Source: a virus (lineage: Duplodnaviria; Heunggongvirae; Uroviricota; Caudoviricetes). From it: DNA of 64,000 nt. This document shows positions 24,938 to 34,550 of the stretch, piece by piece. Each line of letters begins with the position of its first letter. Positions within the stretch are counted from its first letter, which is position 1. A program made the translations under genes and the position numbers. The stretch is from the IMG/VR virus record IMGVR_UViG_3300044295_000306. One strand, 5' to 3'. The notes under the pieces are model-generated. The model did no database searches. It worked only from the letters and a program-made list of their open reading frames with translations, and had not been told where the DNA came from.

Positions 24938-25303
24938 TCAACCGATTAGTTTATTATAGATATCTCTATTAAGTCCTTCGAGTTTTTTAACTTTCAATCT
25001 TTCAGGACCGGGAGTCCATGATAGCTTATTTAATACATACATTCGCATGACAAGATTATCCATAATTTGTTTGGCGTCATACAAACCCAAACCTTCTTTA
25101 GCCCGAATCAATTTAACTGATTCATATAATTTACGGTTTGCGATCATGTCGCAAACTTCATCGGCATAAGATTTATGTGGATCGACAAGTTCCACAAAAG
25201 TTTCTGGATATCTTTTGGCCAATTTAATAACAATACTTTTATAATCCAAATCCTCTTGTGCTAGGATATCGATTACCTTTTTATAGGTATTAATAATTTC
25301 CAT
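24938..25303 (-). CDS. small protein with bL12 C-terminal-domain-like motif, paralog B
   Basis: LYESVKLIRAKEGLGLYDAKQIMDNL matches bL12 CTD [11 protein letters not shown] core; shares DLD(F/Y)..I(V/I)(R/K)LAK..PETF with paralog A. Confidence 0.45.
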   Translation of the reverse strand: MEIINTYKKVIDILAQEDLDYKSIVIKLAKRYPETFVELVDPHKSYADEVCDMIANRKLYESVKLIRAKEGLGLYDAKQIMDNLVMRMYVLNKLSWTPGPERLKVKKLEGLNRDIYNKLIG

Positions 25304-25420
25304 GTTGTTTATATCGATTCCTAATAGGATTTTCTTGGGATTCTAGATAGTCGGCCAGCAATCCTAGTGCGGCTAGGATGATACAAAATAGACCGACACT
25401 AAGGATTGCTTCGAGCATGA

Positions 25421-25759
25421 TTAAACTTCCGCGGTAGCACCGATACCGGCGCGCACGGTGACGGTAACAGGACCAGGTTTGCGTGAAGCTTTCTTAGCTG
25501 CAATACCGATCTTAGGTTCTTGAAGCTTTTTAATGCGAGCTTGAAGTTCCTTAATCTTGGCTTCGCGCTTTTCTTTTCGCGCTTTAGCCTTTTCGGCCTT
25601 GCTTTTTTGCAGGGCTTCCTTGGCTTCCTGTCGAGCCTTTTTAATCTGATCTTGAATAATATTAATTCGCGCGAGATTGTCCTTGACGGTTTGCCGAATC
25701 TGGCCATTCTCTTGCTGAATAAGTTTCACGGTCTTGCGAAGATCATTAACAGTAGTCAT
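25421..25759 (-). CDS. coiled-coil basic protein
   Basis: Lys/Glu/Ala heptad-like region; module at 25781-25820. Confidence 0.4.
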   Translation of the reverse strand: MTTVNDLRKTVKLIQQENGQIRQTVKDNLARINIIQDQIKKARQEAKEALQKSKAEKAKARKEKREAKIKELQARIKKLQEPKIGIAAKKASRKPGPVTVTVRAGIGATAEV

Positions 25760-25826
25760 TTTGGTAATTCCTTTTAATTAAGTGTGAAAATATTATATCG
25801 AATAATAGGTATTTTGTCAATCAATA

Positions 25827-26078
25827 TTATTTTACTTCGATTTCTTCAATACTAAAAATATAAGGACATTCAAATTCCACGATACCATTTACCTTAGTAT
25901 ATGCATCGATTTCAATTTGCTTTTGTTTTTCGGCTGCCTCGAGGGTAGAGTATATGGGTTTGAAGGACCAATCCTCACCACCGTCAATGCTTGTGCCAAT
26001 TAGCTGATAGACTTTCATCGCTTCATTCCAAAGTAGTATGGAAGTATTATAGTGAATATTCGGTATTTTGTCAATCAA
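25827..26078 (-). CDS. hypothetical protein
   Basis: 83-aa ORF; C-terminal 40 nt duplicated at 26069-26110 in a 37-codon mini-paralog. Confidence 0.35.
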   Translation of the reverse strand: MIDKIPNIHYNTSILLWNEAMKVYQLIGTSIDGGEDWSFKPIYSTLEAAEKQKQIEIDAYTKVNGIVEFECPYIFSIEEIEVK

Positions 26079-26201
26079 TATTATTTTACTTCGATTTCTT
26101 CAATACTAAACAATGCAATTGGATTCCATTTTAAAGTCAAATTTTTACAGTTTACACACACCCTGTCTTTTGGATCAGAAAAGGTCTCTTCCATACATTG
26201 A

Positions 26202-26447
26202 TTACCTATTATACCATATAATATGAGTAGCGTTATTGGGAATTTCTTTTAATCGTGAAGGTTTGATAAAAATATCAGGATCGCATTTATTATCCCTTAC
26301 TGGATGTCCGAACCCATCGCAATCCAAGAATCCCCCATTTTTACAAAATCTTTTAAATTCTTCGATAGTATAAACATCATCCTCTGTTTCTGGACCAGAG
26401 CCATAGTTACCACTTGAAGAAAAATTAACTGTTTTAGTATAAGCCAT
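26202..26447 (-). CDS. hypothetical protein
   Basis: 81-aa ORF. Confidence 0.35.
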   Translation of the reverse strand: MAYTKTVNFSSSGNYGSGPETEDDVYTIEEFKRFCKNGGFLDCDGFGHPVRDNKCDPDIFIKPSRLKEIPNNATHIIWYNR

Positions 26448-26496
26448 ACTTTATAGAGGGGTCTTTACTTTAGTGATAACGATAAAGTTTGTGTAA

Positions 26497-26715
26497 TCAC
26501 TGGTCATATCCAATACAATCGATTTGGATATGTTCTGAATCAATCAGAATATCACTAGGATCGGTATTAGGCCATTTGTTGTTAATGGCTTCTAACAGAT
26601 CGCTAAGTGACAAAATCTGTGAAGAAGGAATATATAAAGTGTTGTCGGTATCATCAGGACGAAACTGAGTAATACCACGCGAATTTTTTGAGTAGCCCAT
26701 GCTAAAGTATTCCAA
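26497..26715 (-). CDS. hypothetical protein
   Basis: 72-aa ORF. Confidence 0.35.
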   Translation of the reverse strand: MEYFSMGYSKNSRGITQFRPDDTDNTLYIPSSQILSLSDLLEAINNKWPNTDPSDILIDSEHIQIDCIGYDQ

Positions 26716-27071
26716 AACTTTTAAAAGAATAGATCAACATGAATACACCAGCGAGCCCGGGCATCACCTGAAAAATAAAGGCTGATATGAAATTTTTGGT
26801 ATTCATAAGAAAGGCAATAATGGTAAAATAGATACCAAAAACAACAAAAACATAATTAGCCACAGTTTGCATGATATTAATCCTTAAAAAGGATTCACAG
26901 GAATGATTACTTGTTTGGTATTGTCCACTCGGTCATTGAACACATAGGGCTCAAAACTTTCATTATGGAATATACCGTTGCATTCATCGTTGACCGTAAC
27001 TTCCAAATTAGGATCAAATTCTTTAAGGCAATCGATAAGTTCTTGAACGGTCATTTTCCAAACTTTCTTTA

Positions 27072-27111
27072 TCAGTATGGAAGTATTATAGTGAATATTC
27101 GGTATTTTGTC
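27072..27111 (-). promoter_or_regulatory. conserved promoter module
   Basis: TTGACA-17-TATAAT. Confidence 0.5.
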
Positions 27112-27173
27112 AAATTATTTTTTAACCAACATACCAACAGATTCTTTAGCACGATCCAGCAATTCATACAAGG

Positions 27174-27818
27174 CTAGGCGTTGGACAGATTGGCGTTGGA
27201 CAGATTGGCTTTGGACAGGTCCAAGGCGCCGGACAGGTTGGCGTTGATCAGGTCGGCGTCGGACAGGTCGGCGAAGGACAGGTAGGCGTCGGACAGGTTG
27301 GCGCCGGACAGGTCGGCGAAGGACAGGTTGGCGTAGGACAGGTTGGCGTAGGACAGGTTGGCGTAGGACAGGTTGGCGTTGGACAGGTCGGCGTCGGACA
27401 GGTAGGCGTAGGACAGGTTGGCTCCGGACAGGTTGGCGTAGGACAGGTTTGCTTTGGACAGATCGGCGACGTACAGGTTGGCGTAGGACAGGTCGGCGTT
27501 GGACAGGTTGGCGCCGGACAGGTCGGCGTAGGACAGGTTGGCTTTGGACAGGTTGGCGTAGAACAGGTTGGCGCCGGACAGGTCGGCTTCGGACAGGTCG
27601 GCTTCGGACAGGTTGGCGTCGGATAGATCGGCTTTATACAGATTAACTTTGGACAGATCAGCCCCGGCCAGATTAGTCCCGGACAGATCAACCCTGGACA
27701 GATCAGCCCTGAACAGGTTTACCTTTAATTTAACGGCTTCCTCGACGGCTTGTTTGATTGTTTTAGCTGTTTTAGATTCAAACAATACTTGACCGGTAAT
27801 GGATTTGATTTGGATCAT
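27174..27818 (-). CDS. pentapeptide-repeat protein, family member 6
   Basis: conserved N-terminus + ~37 pentapeptides; module at 27838-27878. Confidence 0.65.
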   Translation of the reverse strand: MIQIKSITGQVLFESKTAKTIKQAVEEAVKLKVNLFRADLSRVDLSGTNLAGADLSKVNLYKADLSDANLSEADLSEADLSGANLFYANLSKANLSYADLSGANLSNADLSYANLYVADLSKANLSYANLSGANLSYAYLSDADLSNANLSYANLSYANLSYANLSFADLSGANLSDAYLSFADLSDADLINANLSGALDLSKANLSNANLSNA

Positions 27819-27870
27819 TTGTTATGCCTTTGTTTAATCAGTGTAGAAGTATTATATCAAATAATGGATA

Positions 27871-28326
27871 TTATGTCAATAAACTATTGACATTAATAAA
27901 TTCACAGACTAATCCTGTATCATCATTGGTAAATGATGCATTAGGTACAACATCATCGATTAGGACATTAACTTGGTGGTCAAAATGAAATCGGCAAAAG
28001 TTTTGAAATGCTCCTGTTTTGCCACGGATTGAAACAAAATCCGTAATGCTATCAAATTGCAATCCTGTCATTAGTGTATCGGCTCGCATCATATCTTCAA
28101 CGGAGGGGCGAGCGGCGATATTGACTTTAAGGACTTTTTCTAGTGTAGATTTGAATCGGCGATCAAAATCATCTTGATCTTTTTTATTCCAGATTGCGAA
28201 TGAAAAGATATGGACTTTTTTGACGTTATTTTGTTGAAGAAACTCCCGGACAGGAGTGGTATGCAATAACATGCCATCTGCCCAGGAAGTGATTACAGTT
28301 TCTTCTAGATCGAGGAATACATTCAT
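27871..28326 (-). CDS. hypothetical protein
   Basis: 151-aa ORF; module at 28338-28378. Confidence 0.4.
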   Translation of the reverse strand: MNVFLDLEETVITSWADGMLLHTTPVREFLQQNNVKKVHIFSFAIWNKKDQDDFDRRFKSTLEKVLKVNIAARPSVEDMMRADTLMTGLQFDSITDFVSIRGKTGAFQNFCRFHFDHQVNVLIDDVVPNASFTNDDTGLVCEFINVNSLLT

Positions 28327-28382
28327 GATTATGTTCTATCAATGAATGCATTATACGATAAATTGGTTATTTTGTCAATCTA

Positions 28383-28961
28383 TTAAAAGATACAGTTTAG
28401 ACCAACGATGGTGCTAAGAACAATAAATGCCCCAGCCGTAAAAATCTTAATCTCAGCCAAGTTGCTTGAAATTTCACTCGCTGTAAGATACCGACGATTG
28501 AACAGTCCTTTAAGCACCGGTCGTGTTTCATACTTACAATCATGAAACCGTTTAGTAATCAACAACCACACTGCCATGCCAAAACCAAAGACAAGAATAA
28601 AGCTACCTACAAGGACGCCCAAGATATCCTTGCCCATGACTTTATAAACAACGATAACCGTTACAATCTTGCCTAGTTGGGTACCAGAGAATTCATTGGC
28701 TGCTACACCAACTTCCTTTGCAGCGGATACCAATGCTGTTCCGATGTTTGAACCAAGATCAGCCCAAGCGGCGGCTTCATTGCGAACCGTTGCACTTAGA
28801 TTCTCAGGACTTTTCATCTTGTCCCTTTGTGCAACAAGGGAATTGATTTGTTCTTGACTTAGTCCTCGGGTATCGATGGCTGTAGTGCCACCAAATGCAA
28901 GTCCATAAAAGCCCATCATTAGGGCAATAATAAAAAGTTTTTTCATCCGAAGAATCTCCAT
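28383..28961 (-). CDS. membrane protein
   Basis: N-terminal signal/TM plus three C-terminal hydrophobic helices. Confidence 0.45.
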   Translation of the reverse strand: MEILRMKKLFIIALMMGFYGLAFGGTTAIDTRGLSQEQINSLVAQRDKMKSPENLSATVRNEAAAWADLGSNIGTALVSAAKEVGVAANEFSGTQLGKIVTVIVVYKVMGKDILGVLVGSFILVFGFGMAVWLLITKRFHDCKYETRPVLKGLFNRRYLTASEISSNLAEIKIFTAGAFIVLSTIVGLNCIF

Positions 28962-29146
28962 GCGATAACAGCTAGGTTAAAAAACATTGCAAACATATTG
29001 ACGATTTTAGGTAAAGGGTGCTCACTTATACCAGCGACATAGGCAGTTAGAGCCACGCATAATACGTTAATGTAAGTCATAGTATGATTCATTTGTTTTT
29101 CCGTTTATTCATTATGAATGTATTATACGATAAATTGATTATTTTG

Positions 29147-29440
29147 TCAAAATTTACGGAGAATGGCCGCGACAAGTGCAGCTTGTTTAACATTTCTACA
29201 ATATTCTTCATATTCTTCCTCAACCCTGGCACGAAGAATAGGATTATTCCTGAAATCATTAACAGTATATTTTGTGAAATCAATTAACCATTTTTGATGC
29301 TTTTTTGGTCCTTCAGCACCACATCCTCCACATACAACCAAATGATATTTTATGGTTCGCTCATATTCACCATATCCACCACGTTCATCATATTCTTTTT
29401 GTTCAGCTTTACTACCACAAAATGGACATAATGCTATCAT
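29147..29440 (-). CDS. Lar-like restriction-alleviation zinc-finger protein
   Basis: N-terminal LCPFCGS...VVCGGCGA pattern typical of Lar family; module at 29109-29150. Confidence 0.45.
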   Translation of the reverse strand: MIALCPFCGSKAEQKEYDERGGYGEYERTIKYHLVVCGGCGAEGPKKHQKWLIDFTKYTVNDFRNNPILRARVEEEYEEYCRNVKQAALVAAILRKF

Positions 29441-29766
29441 AATTAACCTCTAAACTTTCTCGCTCCACAAACACCACATATCAAGTACAAAGAAAATGGC
29501 TTTCCATCTACTCTCCATAGATGAAAGCCATTAGAACAATTTAATCTTTTACTAATCACACGACTTAAATCGATAAAATGTGGCTGAATACATCATCGTG
29601 AATTCATCTTTCATAATATTATACATGCGCGTTCCATATCCCATAGGATGAAAACTCAAACACTCAAGTCGGAATTCCTCATTCAATTCCTCTATACTTC
29701 CAGCAGTCCATTGCTGTTTAAGAGAAGAAACATTATCAACAATATTTTTTTTGCTGACGGTCATTA

Positions 29767-30237
29767 TTACTCCATCACACATTGTTCCGCTGGCCAGGTC
29801 AATTCGGCAAAAAACTTGCTTCTATAAGTCCGATAGAACCAACCACCGTTATTAGGACGGAAGACATAATTATATTCTTCCTTTTGACCACTCATTGCAT
29901 ACATTTCAAAATTCCAGAAAGAACGTGCTGCACAGCCTTCTTCTCCACGATCACGTCCATAAAAGAGACACATTTTTGAATGCGCTTCATATTCCGGAGT
30001 ATCAAAAGGAGGCGCACTAAAACTCCGCTTATAACCAATCGATTCACCAAGAAAACTAAGATCGCCCTCTTTCATCAGATTGTCCAGTTTCTCGAAATCT
30101 GACCAATTTTCAAGGAGAAGCTTACCATTATGCGAGGGATAACCATCCCAATGACAATAGACTTGTTTAACAGTACCATCAGGATATTCAAGAGCGATAG
30201 TTGAACGGGTAGCCATTTCGATTCCTTGTTTATTCAA
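29767..30237 (-). CDS. hypothetical protein
   Basis: 156-aa ORF; last copy of conserved module at 30234-30276. Confidence 0.4.
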   Translation of the reverse strand: MNKQGIEMATRSTIALEYPDGTVKQVYCHWDGYPSHNGKLLLENWSDFEKLDNLMKEGDLSFLGESIGYKRSFSAPPFDTPEYEAHSKMCLFYGRDRGEEGCAARSFWNFEMYAMSGQKEEYNYVFRPNNGGWFYRTYRSKFFAELTWPAEQCVME

Positions 30238-30566
30238 TATAGAGATATTATATCAAATAATAGGTATTTTGTCAAACGAATAAATTAACAAAATACCGCA
30301 TATAGCACCAATAAAATAAGCAAAAAACGCAATATATCAACTAAAATAATTGTTGCAAATAGAAGGATATCAAACAGCTTCATAAGCTAATTTCCATTCA
30401 ATTTCATTAATCGATACAACAGAAAAAGTGGCAGAAAAACGTGGTGCTGCTAATTTTACCAACCCATCAGCGGGATATGCTATAACAGTATCTAAAGACC
30501 ATGTTCGATTAGGATCATTAATCCAGCGCCAGTATATTTTATCACCAAGATTAGGTTTTTTGTTCA

Positions 30567-30890
30567 TCATGATTGATCTGTTGTCCAAAACTTACCACAA
30601 TCATAACATCTGTATTCGATCCAATAACTATCTCTTGAAGGATCATAATTGCCCGTATTACCTTTATATTCACGAACGGCATTATTATGCTTGCATTTAT
30701 TCATTAGCTTTTCTTTTTTGTTCTCTAATATATTGATTTGTTTTTCGAGAGCATCCACTTGTTTTTTAATAGCGGTAGACTTTTTTCCAAAATATCGAGC
30801 AGCATCAGAAACATCACAAACAGCCATTCCTTCTTTTAGATCAATTATCATCCTGCGATAAGGATCAACTTCATATCGTGTTTTATTCAT
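30567..30890 (-). CDS. hypothetical protein with C-terminal zinc ribbon
   Basis: CKHNN...CYDCGKFW. Confidence 0.35.
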   Translation of the reverse strand: MNKTRYEVDPYRRMIIDLKEGMAVCDVSDAARYFGKKSTAIKKQVDALEKQINILENKKEKLMNKCKHNNAVREYKGNTGNYDPSRDSYWIEYRCYDCGKFWTTDQS

Positions 30891-30926
30891 TTGATTTATT
30901 TTTTATCTTTGAGATAATTGCTTGAT

Positions 30927-31310
30927 TTAGCGATCAGTCTGTTCTTTCAATGCATCTTCAAATTCTTCTAAGCGTTGCTTTGTAATATTAGTTAAGCAAG
31001 ATGTTCCAGCTAATCCTGCCATAGTGCCACCTTCATAAAAGGAATTCTCTAAATTACAACGAAGGTCTTTATATTTAATCCAAGCAAGTTGCACTGCTTT
31101 CAAATCCTGTTGTTGTTTTGGTGTAAGTAATTTTCTGTATGAGTTATAGGTTGCATTTAATTTTTTTGTGACTTCTTCAAGCTCTTTATTGGCACATTGC
31201 TTCATCTCAAACATTCCCGCACCACCATCTTTGCAGTCAAGTGCATATGAATTTTGAATAAAACAAAAAAATAAGAAAACAAAAAGCAAGTTAGCTTTAT
31301 GAAAATTCAT
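30927..31310 (-). CDS. secreted DUF1311 (LprI-like) protein
   Basis: signal peptide then C..A.T..EL..V...LN..Y......L......L...Q..W..Y.D..C pattern. Confidence 0.5.
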   Translation of the reverse strand: MNFHKANLLFVFLFFCFIQNSYALDCKDGGAGMFEMKQCANKELEEVTKKLNATYNSYRKLLTPKQQQDLKAVQLAWIKYKDLRCNLENSFYEGGTMAGLAGTSCLTNITKQRLEEFEDALKEQTDR

Positions 31311-31603
31311 TTCATCATCCTTTGTTGTGTTGAAAATCTAAAAAGTCCGAAACTTCTCTACGCGGAATAAATTTAACATTTTTCATTTTACAATTTAGCC
31401 CAATCAGGTATTTCTGGACAGGTCAATTCGTAAAAAGCAATTACTCTAGTTCCAGTTGAATTAGACCACGGTCTAATTCCATCCCAATATACTATCCATT
31501 GAGATAAATTATTTTGATCGCGCAAAATTAACCAAGATGGTTTAACTGGAAATACATACTCATTATCGCTAATACGGCAATTGACCCATCCGTTAGACAT
31601 ATA

Positions 31604-32395
31604 TTATTTACCCAGCATCAGACTATTAAAATTAGCCGGTACCACAATAGTCTGGACCTTGCCATTTTTGATACCTTCACTGATATTTAAAGATGCTTGT
31701 GCATTCATATATGCAATGCTTTGGGAACTTTGATTAGCCAATGCATTCATACGTTCAGCTTCCTTCCTAGCAGTTTGAACCTCAACCTCTTTTCGTGCTA
31801 GTTCATTCTTTGACTTAACCAATTCATTGGCACTAGCTACAATACTATCAGCAGGAAGAATATTCTTAATCAAAACCTGTGATACCATAATAGTTCCACC
31901 AAGCTTTTCTTCTGTCAAACTTTGTTGAATATGATTCTTAATATGACTTTCAATCTCTTGCCTTGAATCATTCATAGTCAACGCTTCATAATCTCGGGCA
32001 CTCTTATATGCGGCATTTCGAGCAACCTGAAGAATATAGTTATACATCAGGTAAATTTCACCATGATCAACTGAATGGAATCCACGATTCTTGGTACCAT
32101 AAATCTCACTAACTTGTTGTGGATTAATACTATAAACAACTACCATATCAAAATCTTTCATGGTACTGTTGTCTTTAGCGATAGGAGTCATGTTTTCAAT
32201 AACAACATTAACGTCCTTGACTGGAAACTTGAGAACATCACCGATCAACACCTGATTAAAACTACCAGGCATTAGTTCGCCTTGTTGAATCTGTTTATCA
32301 AATCCAACACGAACACCAACTTCACCTGTCTCAATTCGTGTACAACCAGTTGCAAAAACAGAAGCAACCATAACACTCATGATAAGCTTTTTCAT
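31604..32395 (-). CDS. SPFH/Band-7 (prohibitin-like) lipoprotein
   Basis: lipobox ATGC after signal peptide; SPFH-like core with C-terminal coiled coil. Confidence 0.5.
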   Translation of the reverse strand: MKKLIMSVMVASVFATGCTRIETGEVGVRVGFDKQIQQGELMPGSFNQVLIGDVLKFPVKDVNVVIENMTPIAKDNSTMKDFDMVVVYSINPQQVSEIYGTKNRGFHSVDHGEIYLMYNYILQVARNAAYKSARDYEALTMNDSRQEIESHIKNHIQQSLTEEKLGGTIMVSQVLIKNILPADSIVASANELVKSKNELARKEVEVQTARKEAERMNALANQSSQSIAYMNAQASLNISEGIKNGKVQTIVVPANFNSLMLGK

Positions 32396-32781
32396 TTAAA
32401 TATCCTCTTCTTCAAAAGAAACACTATTAAATCGTTTATTGGGAAAATCTTTGAGAATTACTTTTGTATGCCACGAATGAACATCAACTTTCTCAACTTC
32501 ATAATATTGACCTTCAACCAATAATCCCTTAGGGTCATCATTACCGCCCCAATTTACTACAGTTTGGCTTGCTGTTTCATCACCAAGATATTTCATTCGC
32601 ATCATTTATTCCTTAAAAAAATACAACGATCAACGTAAGAATACTTACAGCGAGTATAGCACACAAAGCACTATACGTCAATCTCTTTGCTAGTTTAAAT
32701 TTTTCCATTCCAGTAAGTTTTAAAAAAGCATCTATACCAAAATAGAAAAAACCAAAAACAACTAAAAAGACCAAGAACATT

Positions 32782-33207
32782 CTAATCATGTTCGCACTCT
32801 TCTACATCTACACCTTTTTGTGTAACAATAACTCGAACATGATCACCAAAAACAACTTGCAAACAATTTTCCAACGATGAAAGTGTTTCATCAAGTTCTC
32901 GAAGATCAGCCCAATCTTTTGGATCATATCCTTCTTCAACGGTTCCATAAACTTCGAACCATCCGTCACCATAAAAAGAATCAGAAAAATCTTCAACATT
33001 AGATGCAAAAAGTCCATTATATCTAAAAACACACTCATCACCATCATTGAAATATGGTGTATATTGTTGCCATCCAATAGCTTTAATGTTTGGATGTTCC
33101 TTCATGAAATTCTTCAAAACAGGTTCGATCTGTTTTTGTGCCATTTCCATAAACTTTCGTTGTTGTTCTTCAAACTCATTACTAAGATCCTTGAGAATTT
33201 TAAGCAT
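32782..33207 (-). CDS. hypothetical protein
   Basis: 141-aa ORF. Confidence 0.35.
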   Translation of the reverse strand: MLKILKDLSNEFEEQQRKFMEMAQKQIEPVLKNFMKEHPNIKAIGWQQYTPYFNDGDECVFRYNGLFASNVEDFSDSFYGDGWFEVYGTVEEGYDPKDWADLRELDETLSSLENCLQVVFGDHVRVIVTQKGVDVEECEHD

Positions 33208-33218
33208 GATATTATCCC

Positions 33219-33566
33219 TTAATCAAAATTAAAAACATTTCTACGTTTAACAGTACCGCTCATCCAACCTTCAATGGGCATTTTATCTAGCCAATCTTGC
33301 ATTGTGGGAATAAATCCCAAATCCTGAATTATATGTTCTTCTGCGATATCTCGGACAGATAATTCTTTTCCTTCTGAATTAATTAAAACAGAACCAAACA
33401 CTTTTTCAACTACATAGATACCCCATGCACTATGCAACATTGAACGGTGTCTAACATCAGCTACATTAGACTTGGAAAAATCAATGAATTCATGAATGGG
33501 CATATAATCATCAAGCTTGCCACCATGTTGTTTCACAGAAATCTTAGCATGAATTAGAGGTTTCAT
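33219..33566 (-). CDS. hypothetical protein
   Basis: 115-aa ORF. Confidence 0.35.
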   Translation of the reverse strand: MKPLIHAKISVKQHGGKLDDYMPIHEFIDFSKSNVADVRHRSMLHSAWGIYVVEKVFGSVLINSEGKELSVRDIAEEHIIQDLGFIPTMQDWLDKMPIEGWMSGTVKRRNVFNFD

Positions 33567-33743
33567 TTGTCTTTTTCTTTCTCATTATCGGGTCGGCAAT
33601 AAGCATAAGCGGGTTTTTGATGTTGAGTAGCCTGTTGAATAATTCTCTCACACTCACTCAAAGATACATTCCGTGCTAAAACAGGATAATTTGAACAAAA
33701 TCCTAAAAAGGTACTATAACAGACAATTACCAAATAATTCATT

Positions 33744-34130
33744 TTATTTCACCAAAACATCGTTTTTTCCAAATGGCAGTATGATTTTGAAACTATTAGT
33801 GTTGACAATCACACGATCAATATTATTGATTCGCATATTACTCCGAAGTGTACTTTCTTTAGGATCATTACGCTTTACAACTTCATCATAAGTTTCAATC
33901 TTGCCGCCAAGGAAATAAATACCACTTTTCTTGATAATCTCACTGTCCAAATCTTCAGGACCTCGATAGCGCGTAAAAAACCTAAATCCATAAGGTTTCG
34001 CATTGTATCGTTCAGTGATCTTTTTACTCATTTTAATGGCAGTATTAACATCCCATGACTCGATTTCCTTGATAGTGCTTTCACTAAAGAAAGTGCCGGG
34101 ACTCAGAAACTCGACAAAATGTTTAATCAA
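33744..34130 (-). CDS. hypothetical protein
   Basis: 128-aa ORF. Confidence 0.35.
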   Translation of the reverse strand: MIKHFVEFLSPGTFFSESTIKEIESWDVNTAIKMSKKITERYNAKPYGFRFFTRYRGPEDLDSEIIKKSGIYFLGGKIETYDEVVKRNDPKESTLRSNMRINNIDRVIVNTNSFKIILPFGKNDVLVK

Positions 34131-34190
34131 TTTAATCTCACATTGTAATAATCACAGGATCATTATATCAAATAATTAGATTTTTGTCAA

Positions 34191-34550
34191 CTACCAATCT
34201 TCCGCCTTATCATAACCCTCAGGAAATTCATGTATATCCGGTATCTGAATAGAGAAATCCTCTCTTGTTATCTCACCCTTTTTCGTGTTTCTTATTATAT
34301 TAAGATGGGATGATACCTCGGGATTATTCTTCCAATGCTTATGCGATTCTTTATTCTTCTGACTCCATTCTTCCTGTGTATAATTACCTAATGCGCGAGC
34401 ACCTTTTCTCGGTGAAGCAATCTCACTACATTTCCGAGAACATATAAGAGCGCGTCCTTTATGCTTGATAAAACATACAGGACATTCTTTCTCCTTATAC
34501 TGTCTCCAGTATCCCTTTTCTCTTATCTTCCGTTCCATTGAACATACCAC
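34191..34550 (-). CDS. hypothetical zinc-binding protein
   Basis: CPVC...CSRKC motif; promoter at ~34150-34190. Confidence 0.35.
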   Translation of the reverse strand: MVCSMERKIREKGYWRQYKEKECPVCFIKHKGRALICSRKCSEIASPRKGARALGNYTQEEWSQKNKESHKHWKNNPEVSSHLNIIRNTKKGEITREDFSIQIPDIHEFPEGYDKAEDW

